Positions 13,373-27,270 of a DNA stretch of 64,000 nucleotides are shown piece after piece. Source of the stretch: Eledone cirrhosa (taxonomy: Eukaryota); the NCBI GenBank assembly GCA_964016885.1, contig OZ024751.1, forward strand, positions 10,912,001 through 10,976,000, read 5' to 3'. The translations under genes were made by a program, and so were the position numbers. Position 1 is the stretch's first letter. Every line of letters starts with the position of its first letter. The notes beneath the pieces were generated by a model. That model worked only from the letters and a program-made list of their open reading frames with translations. It was not told where the DNA came from and searched no databases.

Positions 13373-13388
13373 ATATATATATATATGT
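11930..13388. repeat. Compound TA/TG/CA microsatellite array
   Basis: Dinucleotide runs with interspersed ttta, cagacac and gtgt motifs. Confidence 0.9.
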
Positions 13389-13473
13389 AGGAGGTGAGTT
13401 TTATTGTAGTACAATAAAGCAATGCAGATATCGGATAAGAAGCACTCTACAGTTTGTAGGACTGGAGTATACA

Positions 13474-13790
13474 TAATATAAGATCAAAAGATGGTTAAAG
13501 GAGTTCCATGTATTTTATTATGCGCATTTCAAAAACAAACATCATCATGCAATAATATTTGTGTTTTCATCAGATAAAACAGGAGAACATGATATGAAGG
13601 CTAAAAAACACTTGTGGATAGTGCAGCTATATGTTGATTTGGAGCAGCACTATCCACAAGTGTTTTTTAGCCTTCGTATCATGTTCTCCTGTTTTATCTG
13701 ATGAAAACACAAATATTATTGCATGATGATGTTTGTTTTTGAAATGCGCATAATAAAATACATGGAACTCCTTTAACCATCTTTTGATCT

Positions 13791-13797
<7 letters not shown>
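13474..13797. repeat. Near-perfect palindrome (~151-bp arms, ~22-nt centre) carrying an HHR in each arm
   Basis: 13474-13624 is the reverse complement of 13647-13797 with one mismatch (13595/13676). Ends in (TA)n. Confidence 0.95.
13692..13758 (+). ncRNA. Type I hammerhead ribozyme (mirror copy on the minus strand at 13513-13579)
   Basis: ttttat-CTGATGA-long stem II-GAAA-tgcgca-TA-ataaaa. Intact core and palindromic helix III. Confidence 0.85.
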
Positions 13798-13842
<45 letters not shown>

Positions 13843-13850
13843 ATATATAT

Positions 13851-14552
13851 ATCTTCGTTTTCATGCGGTTGATCTTGAGGCCTACTGCAGAGCTTTTGAT
13901 CTCGAGCTCCGTCAGCATGGTGGTTGGCGGTGACGAAATAGAGGAGGTGGAGGAATACGTCTACCTGGGACAAGAAATGAACATGCGCCGAGACATTGAG
14001 AGGGAGATCTCACGGAGAGTAAGGGCCGGATGGAAGGCGTTCAACGGCATAAGGGATGTGCTCAAGGGGAGGTTGGACAAGACCACCCACGCCAACCTCT
14101 TCAACAGCACAGTTTTACCTGCAATGTTATATGGCAGTGAAACTTGGGCTACAACGAAGAGAGAAGAGCAGAGGCTGCTGACGGCTCAAACAGTCATGGA
14201 GAGATCAATGCTAGGAATCTCATTGAGAGAGCACATCAAGAGCGAAGTCATCAGACAGAAGTCCGGCGTGAGGGACGTCATCACGGAATATATGCGCAGC
14301 AAGTTCCGATGGGCTCGACACGTCGCCCGGTTCACCGATAACCGGTGGAGCCGTGCAGTTGCCAAGTGGTACTCGCGCGAGTGGAAACAATTACTCGGAA
14401 GGCCTCCACGAGGGTGGAGTTACGATTTTAAGAATACGATTGGGACTACATGGATGAGGAAAGCACGATCCAAAGAGGAATGGACGGCGTGCTGTGACCA
14501 GCGGCGCTGAATGGACGCCCGACAGACTGGTCGGTCAAGGTGATCAAAGTGA
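13851..14552 (+). mobile_element. 5'-truncated RTE-clade LINE, 3' end of ORF2 (RT thumb / C-terminus)
   Basis: EEVEEYVYLGQ...ISRRVRAGWKAF...TVLPAMLYGSETW...KFRWARHVAR...GRPPRGW. Short tandem tail tcaaggtgatcaaagtga. Flanked by TA. Confidence 0.9.
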
Positions 14553-14562
14553 TATATATATA

Positions 14563-16750
14563 TCTTAGTCTTAGATTCTTCCGCGCCGTTCGGCGCATCG
14601 AGCAGTAAGTACTCGCCAACGGTCACGATCAACGGCATCTTTTTCGAGACCGTGCCAGGTGATGTTGACTGCCATCAGGTCCTTCCGGAACGTTCGTCGC
14701 CAGGTGATCCTTGGGCAACCCCGCCTCCGTTTACCGCCAGGCGGAGTCCAGTTCATCGCTGTTTTCGAATGCCTTTCATTTGGCAGACGCAGAATATGGC
14801 CAGCCAGACGGCACCGACGCTCCGTGACCACTCTCTGTAGTGTCCACGACTCGGCTCTCCGCAGGATCTTTCGTTTCGCACTCGATCGCGCCAGGACACA
14901 CGAAGGATCTTTCGCAGGCACCGCTGGTGGAAAGCGTTCAGCCGGCTCTCTATTTTTGCCGTACTCTTCCAGGTCTCGTTCGCATAAAGCACTGTTGGCA
15001 GCACGATGCTCTTATACAGGCGGAGCTTGATCTTGGTGCTAATGCATGAAGACGACCAGGCTGAGCACAGCCGCTGGAAAACTGTGGCTCCTTTGCCGAT
15101 CCGACAGTTGATGTGGAGCTCCGCGTTGCCGCTGCTTATCACGATGCTGCCCAGATAGGTGAAGTGATCGACTTCCTCGAGGTCCTGTTGGTTGACTCTA
15201 ATCACGACCTGTGTTGCTGGCCGTTCTCATGACCTTGGTCTTTTTGGTATTGATTCTCAGGCCGATCTTTTCCGCATTCTCTTGTACGTATGGTGTTAGG
15301 GCCTGCAGATCTGCACAGTTTTAAGCGATCAAAGCGATGTCGTCGGCGAAAGCCAGGTCCCTCAGCCTCGACTGCCCTCTCCATGGGATTCCTCGACCGG
15401 GTCCTTCATCCGTTCGCATAGTAAGAAATCGGCTGCCAGCAGGAACAACAGTGGAGAGAGAATGCAACCCTGTCTGACTCCGGAGACAATGTCAAAGAAC
15501 TCCGTCACACCGGACTCAGTCCTCGCGCAGCAGCTAGATTTTTCATACAGGGCCTTGGAAATGGCGATGAATCTTGCAGGAATGCCGTACAGTTTCAAAC
15601 ATTCCACAGCGACTCCCGGTGTACACTGTCGAATGCCTTCTGGAAAGCAATAAAATTGACCGCCAAAGGCTGTTGTAGCTCAACGCATTGTTCGAGAATG
15701 TTGCGTGGTGTAAAGATCTGTTCCGTGCAAGATCGACTTTTTCGGAAGCCGGCTTGTTGCTCCCAGAGCACAGTCGACAGCCTGCCGGAGTCGACGCAGC
15801 AGCACAGCGCAGAACGCCTTGCCTGGGACTGACAGCAATGTGATACCACGCCAGTTGTTGCGGTCTGCCAGGTTTCCCTACTTCGGCAGTTTGACGATGA
15901 CACCGCGCTGCCACTCAAGGGGAACCCGACCAACTCTCTAGCAATGGTTCATCAACTCTGTCAACGCCGTTATCGTGCTCTCCTCACCGAATCTGAGCAG
16001 CTCAGCAGAGATCTCATCCAGTCAGCCTGCTTTGCCGTTCCTCAAGTAGCTAATCGTCTCTTGCTTGGTGATATGGTCCTCGCAGACTTTGAGTACCTCA
16101 GTGGTTGCTGGAGTCTCTGCAGTCAAGTCTATCAGGGCGACAGGATTTGGTTGGTTCTGCGTCTCCCGGAAGTGCTCCATCCATCTCTGCTCCTGTTCCG
16201 CTCCAGTGGTCAACGTCTTGCCATGTTTGTCCTTCACCGGCATGCTGGCACCGCTCGACATTCCTGTCAACTCCCTCACGATGCGGAACAGTGCTTTTGT
16301 GTCGTTTCGACCAGCAGCTTCCTCTGCCTCAGCACCCTTTTTCTCCAGCCCGTCACGTTTGTCCCGCCGGCAGCTTCGCTTTACCAGTCGGTCGATTTGG
16401 CGGTATACGGCATCTCTTTTCTTTTGGTCTTCCTCCGATCTGGCAGAATCCCGCTCGACTTTTGCCTTTTTTCGACTGTCAATCAGGTCCCAAGTTGGTT
16501 CTTGGATCCATTTTCCCCTCCTCGTTCCTCGTCTTCGGCCAATAGTTTCTTGTGCTGCCTCAGTCACCGCTGTCGTGAACATCGTCCATTGATCTTCCAG
16601 ATCTGCAGCCTCACTCAACTGGTGGAATCGGTTGTGTAGCGCCAATTGGAACAGTCGCGCTTGACCGGGATACTTCAGCTTCTCCACTGCATATGGTTTT
16701 GGTCTTTCCTGTCGTGTCTGTTTCTTCAGGCGCAGCTGAAGTTCCGCACA
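14563..16750 (-). mobile_element. 5'-truncated, frameshifted RTE/RTE-X-like LINE (reverse transcriptase pseudogene)
   Basis: Motifs across frames: QQAGFRKSRSCTEQIF, FIAFQKAFDSVHRE, GVRQGCILSPLLF, catalytic FADDIAL (~15330-15355), FTYLGS, LAGHILR, GKRRRGCPRITW. Tail (ctaaga)2. Confidence 0.92.
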
Positions 16751-17250
16751 CATACTTATATTTAGGTATCAGCCGTACTAAGAGTGAGAAATGAAATTTT
16801 GTTTCATTCTTTTCCATTTATCGTTTCGGTATGCCCGGCCGACTAACTCACTCGATATGGAAATTAGGCTGCTCAGCCGTTAAGACGCATAAGGAAAGTA
16901 TACACTTTCAGACGTTCAATCATCTGACAGAAAGGTATACGATGCTGACGATAGCTAGTAAGCTTGAAAATAGTGCATCGTTCCTGTGTCAGTGTTGAAC
17001 AAAAAGGCGACGATGGCTGCGAACACTGTACGGCGTAATTCGGGCTGTTTGTTTACAAACAAACCGAACATTATAATAAATGTTCGGTAAACCCATAGGT
17101 ACATATATATATATGTGTGTATGTATGTATATATATGCATACTACTGTGCGTCTGTACACATATATGTATGTACGTATACATACTTATATTTAGGTATCA
17201 GCCGTACTAAGAGTGGAAATGATATTTTTTTTCATTCTTCTCCATTTACA
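16751..17250 (+). mobile_element. Diverged member of the 7107 HHR family, ~1.2 units with a direct terminal repeat
   Basis: Similar to the reverse complement of the 7107 unit. catacttatatttaggtatcagccgtactaagagtg at 16751 and 17180. HHR at 16940-16980 (cgatg-CTGACGA...GAAA-atag-TG-catcg). Confidence 0.8.
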
Positions 17251-17329
17251 TATATATTCTTTTGTAGTATCACAGTAAATCTATGTTTTTGCATCGAGTG
17301 CTCACACGATATTACTGGATATCCTACAT

Positions 17330-17890
17330 TATATATACATAAATATATGGACATGTATACGTATATGTATATGTTTACGTATATATATAATGTATAAATA
17401 TATGTATACGTATATGTTTACGTATATATATATATATTGTATAAATATATATGTATACATATATGAATACGTATATATATATATATATTTATACGTATAT
17501 ATATATATATATATATATTTATACGTATGTATATATATATATTTATACGTATATATATATATATATTTATACGTATATATATATATATATTTATACGTAT
17601 ATATATATATATATTTATACGTATATATATATATTTATACGTATATATATATATTTATACGTATATATATATATTTATACGTATATATATATATTTATAC
17701 GTATATATATATATTTATGCGTATATATATATATTTATGCGTATATATATATATTTATGCGTATATATATATATATTTATACGTATATATATATATATTT
17801 ATACGTATATATATATATATTTATACGTATATATATATATGTATACGTATATATATATATATATATTTATATGTATATATATATATATAT
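17330..17890. repeat. (TA)n-based minisatellite, unit tttatacg(ta)n
   Basis: Regular tttatacgta marker within the TA run. Confidence 0.9.
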
Positions 17891-18482
17891 TCTCCTCTAA
17901 TAGTATTATAGTAAACTTCTCTCTAAGACTTACCTTTCATTTTTTCTTATAAACACAGAAAATATTTACTTGTATTTATTTCTCTATTTTTGGCTTCTGC
18001 TTTTCTTCCTTCATTTTTTCTTTCTCTCTTTCCTTCTATCTCCTTCCTCTTCCTCCATCATACATACCCAATTGTATCCTTCGCTCTTTCACACCTATAT
18101 CCGCCTGTTTTGTATTTTGTTTTGTAAGTTTTATGTATGTTATTGATTTTATTCTTCTACTGCTTACTTTCACTTTCCAGCCAGCATATTGCATTCTTAT
18201 CTCTCTCTTACCATTATATTTAGGATCTGTTTATGTTTTTTGTTTGTTTGAAAGAGAACCAAGGCCTCACGTCAATACCACCACACACAGACACACTCAC
18301 TCACACACACACACACACACACACAGACATACACGCACACACACACACACATACACGCACACATACACACATACTCACACACACACACATACACACGCAC
18401 ACGCACACTCACACACACACACACACACACACACAACCACAGCAGTAATACAACGAAACTTGCATACAGAGATTGACAGAAA

Positions 18483-18525
<43 letters not shown>

Positions 18526-19252
18526 TGGTAGATTGACAGAGAGACAAAGTATGAGAGAGAGAGAGAGAGTGAGAAAGTCGCACCTATACATTTACTAAAA
18601 TATTCAATATACACACATAAAAGAAAACAGCATTAAACAAACGTATACATCAGTACACATACATGCATACATAGATACGTAGATGCATGCATACATACAT
18701 ACATACACACACATTTACATACATAATACATACATAAATACATACATGCATATACACATACGTACGTACATACATACATAGATACACACATAGATACACA
18801 CATATACACATAGATATATGCATGCATACATACGTACATACATACACGTATACACACATAGATATATGCATACATACATACGTACATACATACCTAGATA
18901 CACAACAAATACCGTATGCTCACAAGCACATACATACATACATAACAACAGAACTATGTCCATCACATACTTTAGACATACACAAACAGAAAAATGGACT
19001 CGGTGTAAAAAATATGAATACATAGATACAAAATAAAAAAAAATACAATGTGTGTACATAAAATATGTGTAGACAAACACACCCCACACATATGTACACA
19101 TATTAAGAAGCAAAACAAAACAATATAACATAAGATGCAGGCAAAAAGTTTTTCTACCGGCAAAAACCATAAAACATACATGTATATTAAATATAAATAT
19201 ATATATATATATATATAGTTTTCATTTATATATATATATATATATACTTTTC

Positions 19253-19316
<64 letters not shown>

Positions 19317-19381
19317 ATGTGTGTGAAAAGGTAGCCATTATTTGCGTAGAAAAATACATACGCATGTCTAATGCGTAAGAT

Positions 19382-19415
<34 letters not shown>

Positions 19416-19560
19416 TGTCTCTCTTGATAGTTGAGTCTGTTAATGTTGATCTTCACCATGTTGATGGTTGTTGTTTTTGTTGTTATTGTGTTTTTGTGGT
19501 TGTTGCTGCAGCATGCTTACTTCTTCGTGTTTTTTCACACTTGCATAAAAACACAAATAT

Positions 19561-19630
<70 letters not shown>

Positions 19631-20764
19631 TCATATATATGTATATATATATATACACACACACACATATATATGAATAGGTGTATATATAAACACACAT
19701 ACACACACATATATATTTGTGTGTGTGTGTATATTTGGTTGGCTGCGTATATGTGTACAGTACGTCAACTCAACACCTGCTATGATATGTTCAAGACGTT
19801 TGTTTGTCAGCCATGTTGGAACAACTCGTAGTAAGGCAACTGTGATGTGAAGAGAGAACGTTTTGCAATAACAGCAAGAACAGTCATAGTAACCTGCACT
19901 ACCTCCTTGTTTTCCCCATCTCCCCTCTTCCCCCTCGTCTTCCTTGTCCCCCCCCCCCCCCATCTTCCACCTCTTCTTCCCCTTTTTTCCTCCCCTTCCA
20001 CCTCTTCTTCCCCTTTTTCCTCCTCTTCCACCTCTTCTTCCCATTATTCCACCCCTTCTTCCACTCCTTCTTCCACCCCTTCTTCCACCCCTTCTTCCAC
20101 CCCTTCTTCCACCCCTTCTTCCACCTCTTCTTCCACCTCTTCTTCCAACTCTTCATCCTCCTCTTCCACTTCTACCTCCTCTTCATCATCATCACCACCA
20201 TCATTACATCATAATCTTCAAAATCATTAGCTTTATTTCCAAAACAAATTCATGAAAAAATAACATGTAAAACTGAATGACAAATTACATGCATAGATGA
20301 AAAAAACAAAAATAATTTGTGTATATGTGTGTGTGTTGTGTATATTTGTATATCTGTATGTATATGTGTATGTATGTGTTGTATATGTTTGTCTGTGCTG
20401 AAGTGTATCATAGTGTAGAAAATTATATTTTCGGAAGAAAAAAAAAAAAATGTTTTTCTTTTAAATATATTTTTCACTGTAAATGTAAAAAGAATGTTTA
20501 TAATCTCTACAAATCGTGAAATAATATTTGACAGAAAATGAATGAACATGAGTGAAAATAATTTGAAATAAAATATTCAATAAAAACGTTTAGAAAATGA
20601 ATTTAAATGAATGAAAATCAAAGTTATTGGATGGATATGAATGAAAATGACAGAAAATGGAATGAAAACGAATGAAATTGAATAAAAATGAATGAGATGG
20701 AAGGAAAACATATGACTATAAATGGATTAGATGAAAATGAGCGAAACTTATTCTGAATAAAATA

Positions 20765-20950
20765 ACTGTTTCTACTTTTGGCACAAGGCCAGCAGTTATC
20801 CCAGTGCATTACTGGTACTTTATTTCATCGACCTCGCAAGGAGGAAACGCTAATTTAACCTCGGCGGGATTTGAACTCAGAACATAAAGGGGCGTAACTC
20901 TATGCTGGAAAGCATGGTGTCCGAACCTCTACCGATACTACCAATCCACC
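20765..20950 (-). mobile_element. tRNA-SINE
   Basis: Reverse complement of the family consensus. Confidence 0.8.
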
Positions 20951-22074
20951 GAAAATATATGAAATTGAATGAAGATGAAAATAAATATGATGAAATAAAA
21001 TTAGATGAAGGAGAATTGTGACGAATGTCAATGAATGCATATATATTGAATAAAAATTATCGAAAATGAATTTAGATGAAATTGAAAACCATTAGAATGT
21101 TGTCTATATATAAATTTGTGAGACTTCCGTCCATCACACAGTGTGTGTGTGAGTGAATGTATGTGCGTGTAAAAAGGAAGAGGATGGGGGAAAATTATAG
21201 CAAAACAACGACTGACGTTCCATTTGCTACGGTGTGTGTGTGTGTGCGTGTGTGTGTGTACATATATATGTGTGTCTATTTATTTGTGTGAATGTATGTC
21301 CGTGAGTGTGTATTTTTGTAAGTGTGTCTGTGTTTACACCTATATACTCATACATGCTTCAACGTGTTGAAAAAAATTCTAGTGAATAAAAATGACTGAA
21401 AATGAAATTAATTTAAACGAAATTGAAAGCCATTTGCATGTTATTGAATAAAACTGAAATATTATTTCAACAAATCAAAGGGAAATAGACGAATGTGTAT
21501 GGACATGGTTGACTACGAGACGGTCATTTCTGGATGATTGGTTTGCTTGTTTAGGCTTAAAATTGAGCTAAACTAGAACAACTCAGACATCAATATCTTC
21601 AATTGCTACATTGCGATCCAACGAAGAAGTGGCAGTCTTGTCTCTCAAACTTCCAGATATAATTGCTACTGTTATATTTGGGGAGGAAAAACAATTTGGT
21701 TTGGGCTGGTTTTCGCTTCAGTTTATTTTTTTAATATTTAAATAATTAATTCAACTAGCAATCAGTATTATCATTGATTGACCAACAGTTGAAAATATAA
21801 CTATAGTTTCTCGGAGTTCTTTCGTCATACAACTGTGACATCATCAGTGATGTTTCGGTTTCCTCCCGTTGTATTCCTGTAATATTTTCTTATTCTCTTA
21901 TAATTGCTACAATTTCGTTTTAATCAGAGAGGAGCAAGACAATGTATAATATATATTTGGGAGATACCAAAAGACGAGGTGGTCACAAAAGGAACGTCGT
22001 GCACCATACGTCTGTTTGATCACAACGAAGCAAAGGTCAATCAACAGAAACTCCTCCTCTTCGATTAAATCGAA

Positions 22075-22627
22075 CCCCAGTGCATCAGTGGTATTTTATT
22101 TTATCAACCCCGTAAGGATGAAAGGCAAAGCTAACCTCGGTGGGATTTGAACTCAGAACGTAAAGGGCCACACTCCATGCTGCAACACATGTTCTCCGAT
22201 GCGCTACACATTCTGCAAATCTGCGGCATTATTAATTGTTTCTACTTTTGGCACAAGGCCAGCAATTACCCCAGTGCATTACTGGTAGTTTATTTTATCG
22301 ACCCCGTAAGGATGAAAGGCAAAATTAATCTCGCGGGATTTGAAATCAGAACGTAAAGGGCCATCACTAAATGCTGCAAAGCATGGTATCTGACGCTCTC
22401 CCGATACTGCCAATCCACCACCCTTATTAATGATAATAATTGTTTCTACTTTTGGCACAAGGCCAGCAATTATCCAGTGTATTACTGGTACTTTATTTTA
22501 TAGACCCTGTAAGGATGAAAGGCAAAGTTAACTTTCGCGGGATTAGAACTCGGACCATAAAAGGTCGCAACTCTTTGCTGCAAAGCATGGCGTCCGACCC
22601 TCTACCGATACTGCCAATCCACCCCCT
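22075..22627 (-). mobile_element. Three head-to-tail tRNA-SINE copies (~22075-22230, 22234-22422, 22437-22627)
   Basis: Each contains ttttatc..accccgtaaggatgaaaggcaaa and a gggatttgaact-like B-box in reverse complement. Confidence 0.8.
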
Positions 22628-23504
22628 TATTAATGATAATAATGATAATACCACTGCTGAATGACATCAGCATTAACTACAACAAGAGCTACGCCAATAG
22701 ACACCTGAACAATAACTGCAAATATTAACAACAATAACAAAAAAAAACAAAACAAAACAAAGAAGACGACAGCTGCAATAACAACAGCATTAACGATAAC
22801 AACAACCGATACTCAGAAACGACAACAGAAACACAAACTCAACAATAGAAGCCATATCAGAAACACAATATGGGCCTAACAACACAGAACAAACTATATT
22901 ATTGGTGTCTGTGTGTGGTGAATGGGAAGCAAATGGTGGTGACAACAGCTTGTGGCGAATGTAATGGTCGCCATTTTGGAAATGGAGGTTGACGTTGGCC
23001 TCACTTCTTTTGTTATAGTGTTGTTGTTGTTGTTTTATGATGGTCGTGATGATGTTGCTGTTGTTGGCGGTGATGTTGGTGATGCTGTTGTTGTTGGTGA
23101 TGTTGTTGATGTTGTTAGTGGCGGTGGTAGTGTTGATGTTGGCGATGTTGTCGTTTGTGTAGGTAGTGGTGATGTTGGCGATGTTGTTGTTGTTCTTCTT
23201 GTCTGTGGTGATTGTTGTTGTCGTAGTCGGCAGCGGTGGTGGTGGTGGTTGTTGTTGTGGTGATGTTGACGACGTTGTTGTTGTTGGTGATGGTGGTAGT
23301 GTTGATATTGATGTTGTTTGTGGTGGTAGTGGTGGTGTTGGCAATTTTGTTGCTGTTGTGGTGGTGTTGTTGTTGGTGGTGGTTATGGTGGTAAAATCTA
23401 GCGAAGAACCGGGTGGGTGGGGGGTGGGTGGGTGATTGCGATGATGGTGTCGGTTGTAGAGAAGGCGAGAGAAATATTTCTTTACAAGAAGGCAGACTAA
23501 CGCT

Positions 23505-23565
23505 AGAACACTTCCGGTCGCCTTCACCATGATGGCGACTGTAAGGAAACGGCGGCCATATTAGT
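23505..23565 (+). promoter_or_regulatory. Candidate promoter / first exon: ETS-like CACTTCCGG, YY1-like motifs, caccATGATGGCGACT|gtaagg
   Basis: CpG-rich unique stretch. Kozak-like ATG at 23529 followed by a splice donor at 23541. Confidence 0.3.
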
Positions 23566-24139
23566 TAAAATTTAACGTATTTCTTTTTATTTACACTGTT
23601 TCCCGGGGGATGATATGGTGTCGTTGATGATATTGAGATTCTCAGTGAGTGTGTTGCTATGGATGGGAGTAGGATCAGGTGGGGGTGGATAGATGATGTT
23701 GACTTACATCTCCTAGAAATATTCCTCCCTCCGACCAACACTGTTGCTCTCAATGTGTTCATTGACGTGTAATATAACTCACTTCTAATGTGTAACGCCG
23801 TCGATGATGATGATGGCGACGATAATAGTGATGGGGAGGGTGATTGTGATGATGATGATGATGATGAACATGATGATGATGATGAACATGATGATTGTGT
23901 TGATGGTGGTGATGACGATGATTGTGTTGATGATGATTGGTGACGATGACGTTGATGATGATCATGATAAGCATGAAGACGATAATGGTAATAGTGTTGG
24001 CGTTGGTGTTAGAGGGGGGTGGCGATGACGATGACAGTAGTAGTAATGATGATGATGATGATGACTGCAAGAGTGGCGGTGGTGTTATTTGAGGCTTTTT
24101 AGCAATTATATTAATGGTTGTGTTATTGTTATTATTAGT

Positions 24140-24327
24140 GAGGGATGTGGATTGGCAGTATTGGTAGAGGGTCGGACGCCATATTTGACGTATAGAGTTA
24201 CGACCCTTGCCATTCTGAGTTCAAATTCCGCCGAGGTTAACTTTGCCTTTCATCCTTACGGGGTCGATAAAATAAAGTACCAGTAATACACTGTGCTGGC
24301 CTTGTGCCAAACGTAGAAACAATTATT
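24140..24327 (+). mobile_element. tRNA-SINE
   Basis: Matches the family consensus. Confidence 0.85.
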
Positions 24328-24442
24328 AGTGAGGGATGTAATGGTGGAAATACAAAATAGATATTTGATGTAGTGCTGATGATGTAGCAATGATAATTCA
24401 GGTGGTTTGCAGGATATTGTTGTTGTTGTTATTGTATTACTG

Positions 24443-24484
<42 letters not shown>

Positions 24485-24589
24485 TTACTACTACTACTGC
24501 TGCTGCTACTACCGGTAGTAGTAGTCTCTTTGGCCTGGATTAGTGAGTATTTTATTAAATTATGTGTGGTGGTGTTATGTGCACATAAG

Positions 24590-24689
24590 TTATATATATA
24601 TATATATATATTTATACACACACATATACATACATACACATATATGTATATATATACATAGATATCTATCTACCTCTCTCTCTCTCTCT

Positions 24690-24740
<51 letters not shown>

Positions 24741-24774
24741 TATGATTACATATATAATTATGTTTGTCTACTGC

Positions 24775-24805
<31 letters not shown>

Positions 24806-25400
24806 GTATACACACATATGTGTGTATATATATATATATACACATATATATATGTATACACACGTGTGTGTGAGTATATATATATGTATACATACACGTG
24901 TGTGAGTATATATATATGTATACACACATGTGTGTGTGAGTATATATATATGTATACACACATGTGTGTGTGTGTGTATATATATATGTATACACACATG
25001 TGTGTGTGTATATATATATATGTATACACACATATGTATGTGTGTATATATATATATGTATACACACATATGTATGTATGTGTGTATGTGTATATATATA
25101 TATATATGTATACACACATGTGTATGGGTATATATGTATACAAACCTATATGTATGTGTGTATATATATATATATATGTATACATATATATATATACACA
25201 CGTGTGTATATGTATGTGTGTATATATATATATGTATACATATATATATATATACACACACATGTGTGTATATATATGTATATATATACACATATATATA
25301 TGTATGTGTGTGTACATATTCACACATATATGTATATATATATATATATATACACACACAAACATGAGTAGACAAACCTATATAATTATATATGTAATCA
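24590..25400. repeat. Compound TA/TG/CA microsatellite
   Basis: Dinucleotide runs. Confidence 0.85.
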
Positions 25401-26829
25401 TATAAACATGTATGCATACACGTTTTGTTTTTAAAACAGCTATATTTGCTGAGTAAGTGGGCTTTTTTTCTTCACTTCCCTTCGCATAATATTCTTACAT
25501 TTTTTTTATTCTCCTTTTCTAAGTGAGTACGACCGCCATGTTTTTACCACAGCGTTGATTGCGGTCTAGATGTTGACGTTATAGCCGTGGCTATAAAATA
25601 TATAAAAAACAAAATGTCGTAAAGAAGGGGGAAAATGCTAAGCAGCAGCCATTTTGTTTGTGGTGACAGAATTGTGGTGAAAGTGGTCGGACGCTGCGGT
25701 TAATAGCAAATTCGTTTTTTTTTCTTATTATTAGTTGTACATGTTTTTTTTTATGGTTTATTGTTTTTAGATATACGTTGTCGTTGTCAGGGTCGTAGTT
25801 ACAGCAATTCTAGTAGAGATGGTAGAAGCTGTTTTTGTTCGTCTTTATTTGTCACACACAGGCAAACACACACACACTCATACAGATATATTTATAGCTG
25901 TGTATATATATATATATACTATGTGTGTGTATGTGTTTGCGCACATACATACACACACACACGTACACAGACCAAAAGACACACACCCACACAGACACAT
26001 AGAGACAGATATATTTATAGGTGTGTGTATGTATATATATATGCGCACATACATACACACATGCACACACAATGTGTATGTATGTATGTATGTATGTATG
26101 TATGTATGTATGTATGTATGTATATGTACCATATACATCAGTGTATGTGTATGTATATAGATATGAGTGTATGTATCTGTTATTGTATCTATCTACATAA
26201 ATGTAATCTTTTCATCTTCATCTCCGTCTCCGACTTCATCGTTGCCATCATCATCAACATCAACATCCATGATGATCATCATCATCAGAATTAACATCGT
26301 AACAATCGTAATTCCCACCACCACACTCGCCACCACCACCAGCACCACCACCATCGTCGCTGTTTCTGTTGTTATTGCTGTTGCTGATATTTGTGATGCT
26401 GCTGTTGTTGCTGCTGCAGCTGTTGTTGCTGTTGTTGTTGTTGTTGTTACCGCTGCTTATGATGAGGTTGGTGATATTGCTGCTGTAGGTGATATTGCTG
26501 TTGCTGCTCTTGTTCTTACTGCTACTGCTGTTGCTGCTGCTGTTATTGCTGCTGCTGTTGTCACATTAGTCTCCACCTCTCTCTTTAACCTCACCTCTTC
26601 CCCTTCCCTCCTCCTATTCAACACATCCTTTCATTCTTCATCTCTTTCCTCTTCTCCATCACCAATCCACCATACTCCTTCCCCCTTCCTCCTCTCCCTT
26701 CACCCCCCCCCCCGCCCCTCCACACACGTTCTTCAACCACAGTCATCCCCACCACCATGGCCGCTGCCCCCAGGGATCTTATGCCCACTTTTAAGTCAGG
26801 TAACAACCCTACCACGCCCAACTACAAGC

Positions 26830-27270
26830 CATGTCTCCCCTCCTTCTCCTTTCGCTCCTCTCTTTCCCTCCTCTCTTTCCCTCCATCCTCTCCCTCCTCT
26901 CTCCCTCCTCCCCCTCCTCTCCCCATCCCTCCTCTCTCCCCATCCCTCCTCTCTCCCCCTCCCTCCTCTCTCCCCCTCCCTCCTCTCTCTCCCTCCCTCC
27001 TCTCTCTCTCCCTCCTCTCTCTCCTCTCTCTCTCTCCCCCCTCTCTTTCTCCTCTCTTTCTCCTCTCTCCTCTCTCTCCCTCCTCTCTCTCCTTCCTCTC
27101 CCTCCTCTCTCTCTCTCCTCTTTCTTTCTCCCTTTTCTCTCTCTTTTCTCTCTTTTCTCTCTCTTTTCTCTCTCTCTACTTCTCTCCCTCACTCCTTCCC
27201 TCCCTCAATCCTTCTCTCCCTCAATCCTTCTCTCTCTCTCTCCCTCCTTCCTCTCCCCCCACCTCGCTTA
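26830..27270. repeat. Polypyrimidine (CT-rich) low-complexity tract
   Basis: Almost pure C/T. Similar tracts at 19900-20190, 44180-44510 and 49280-50215. Confidence 0.85.
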
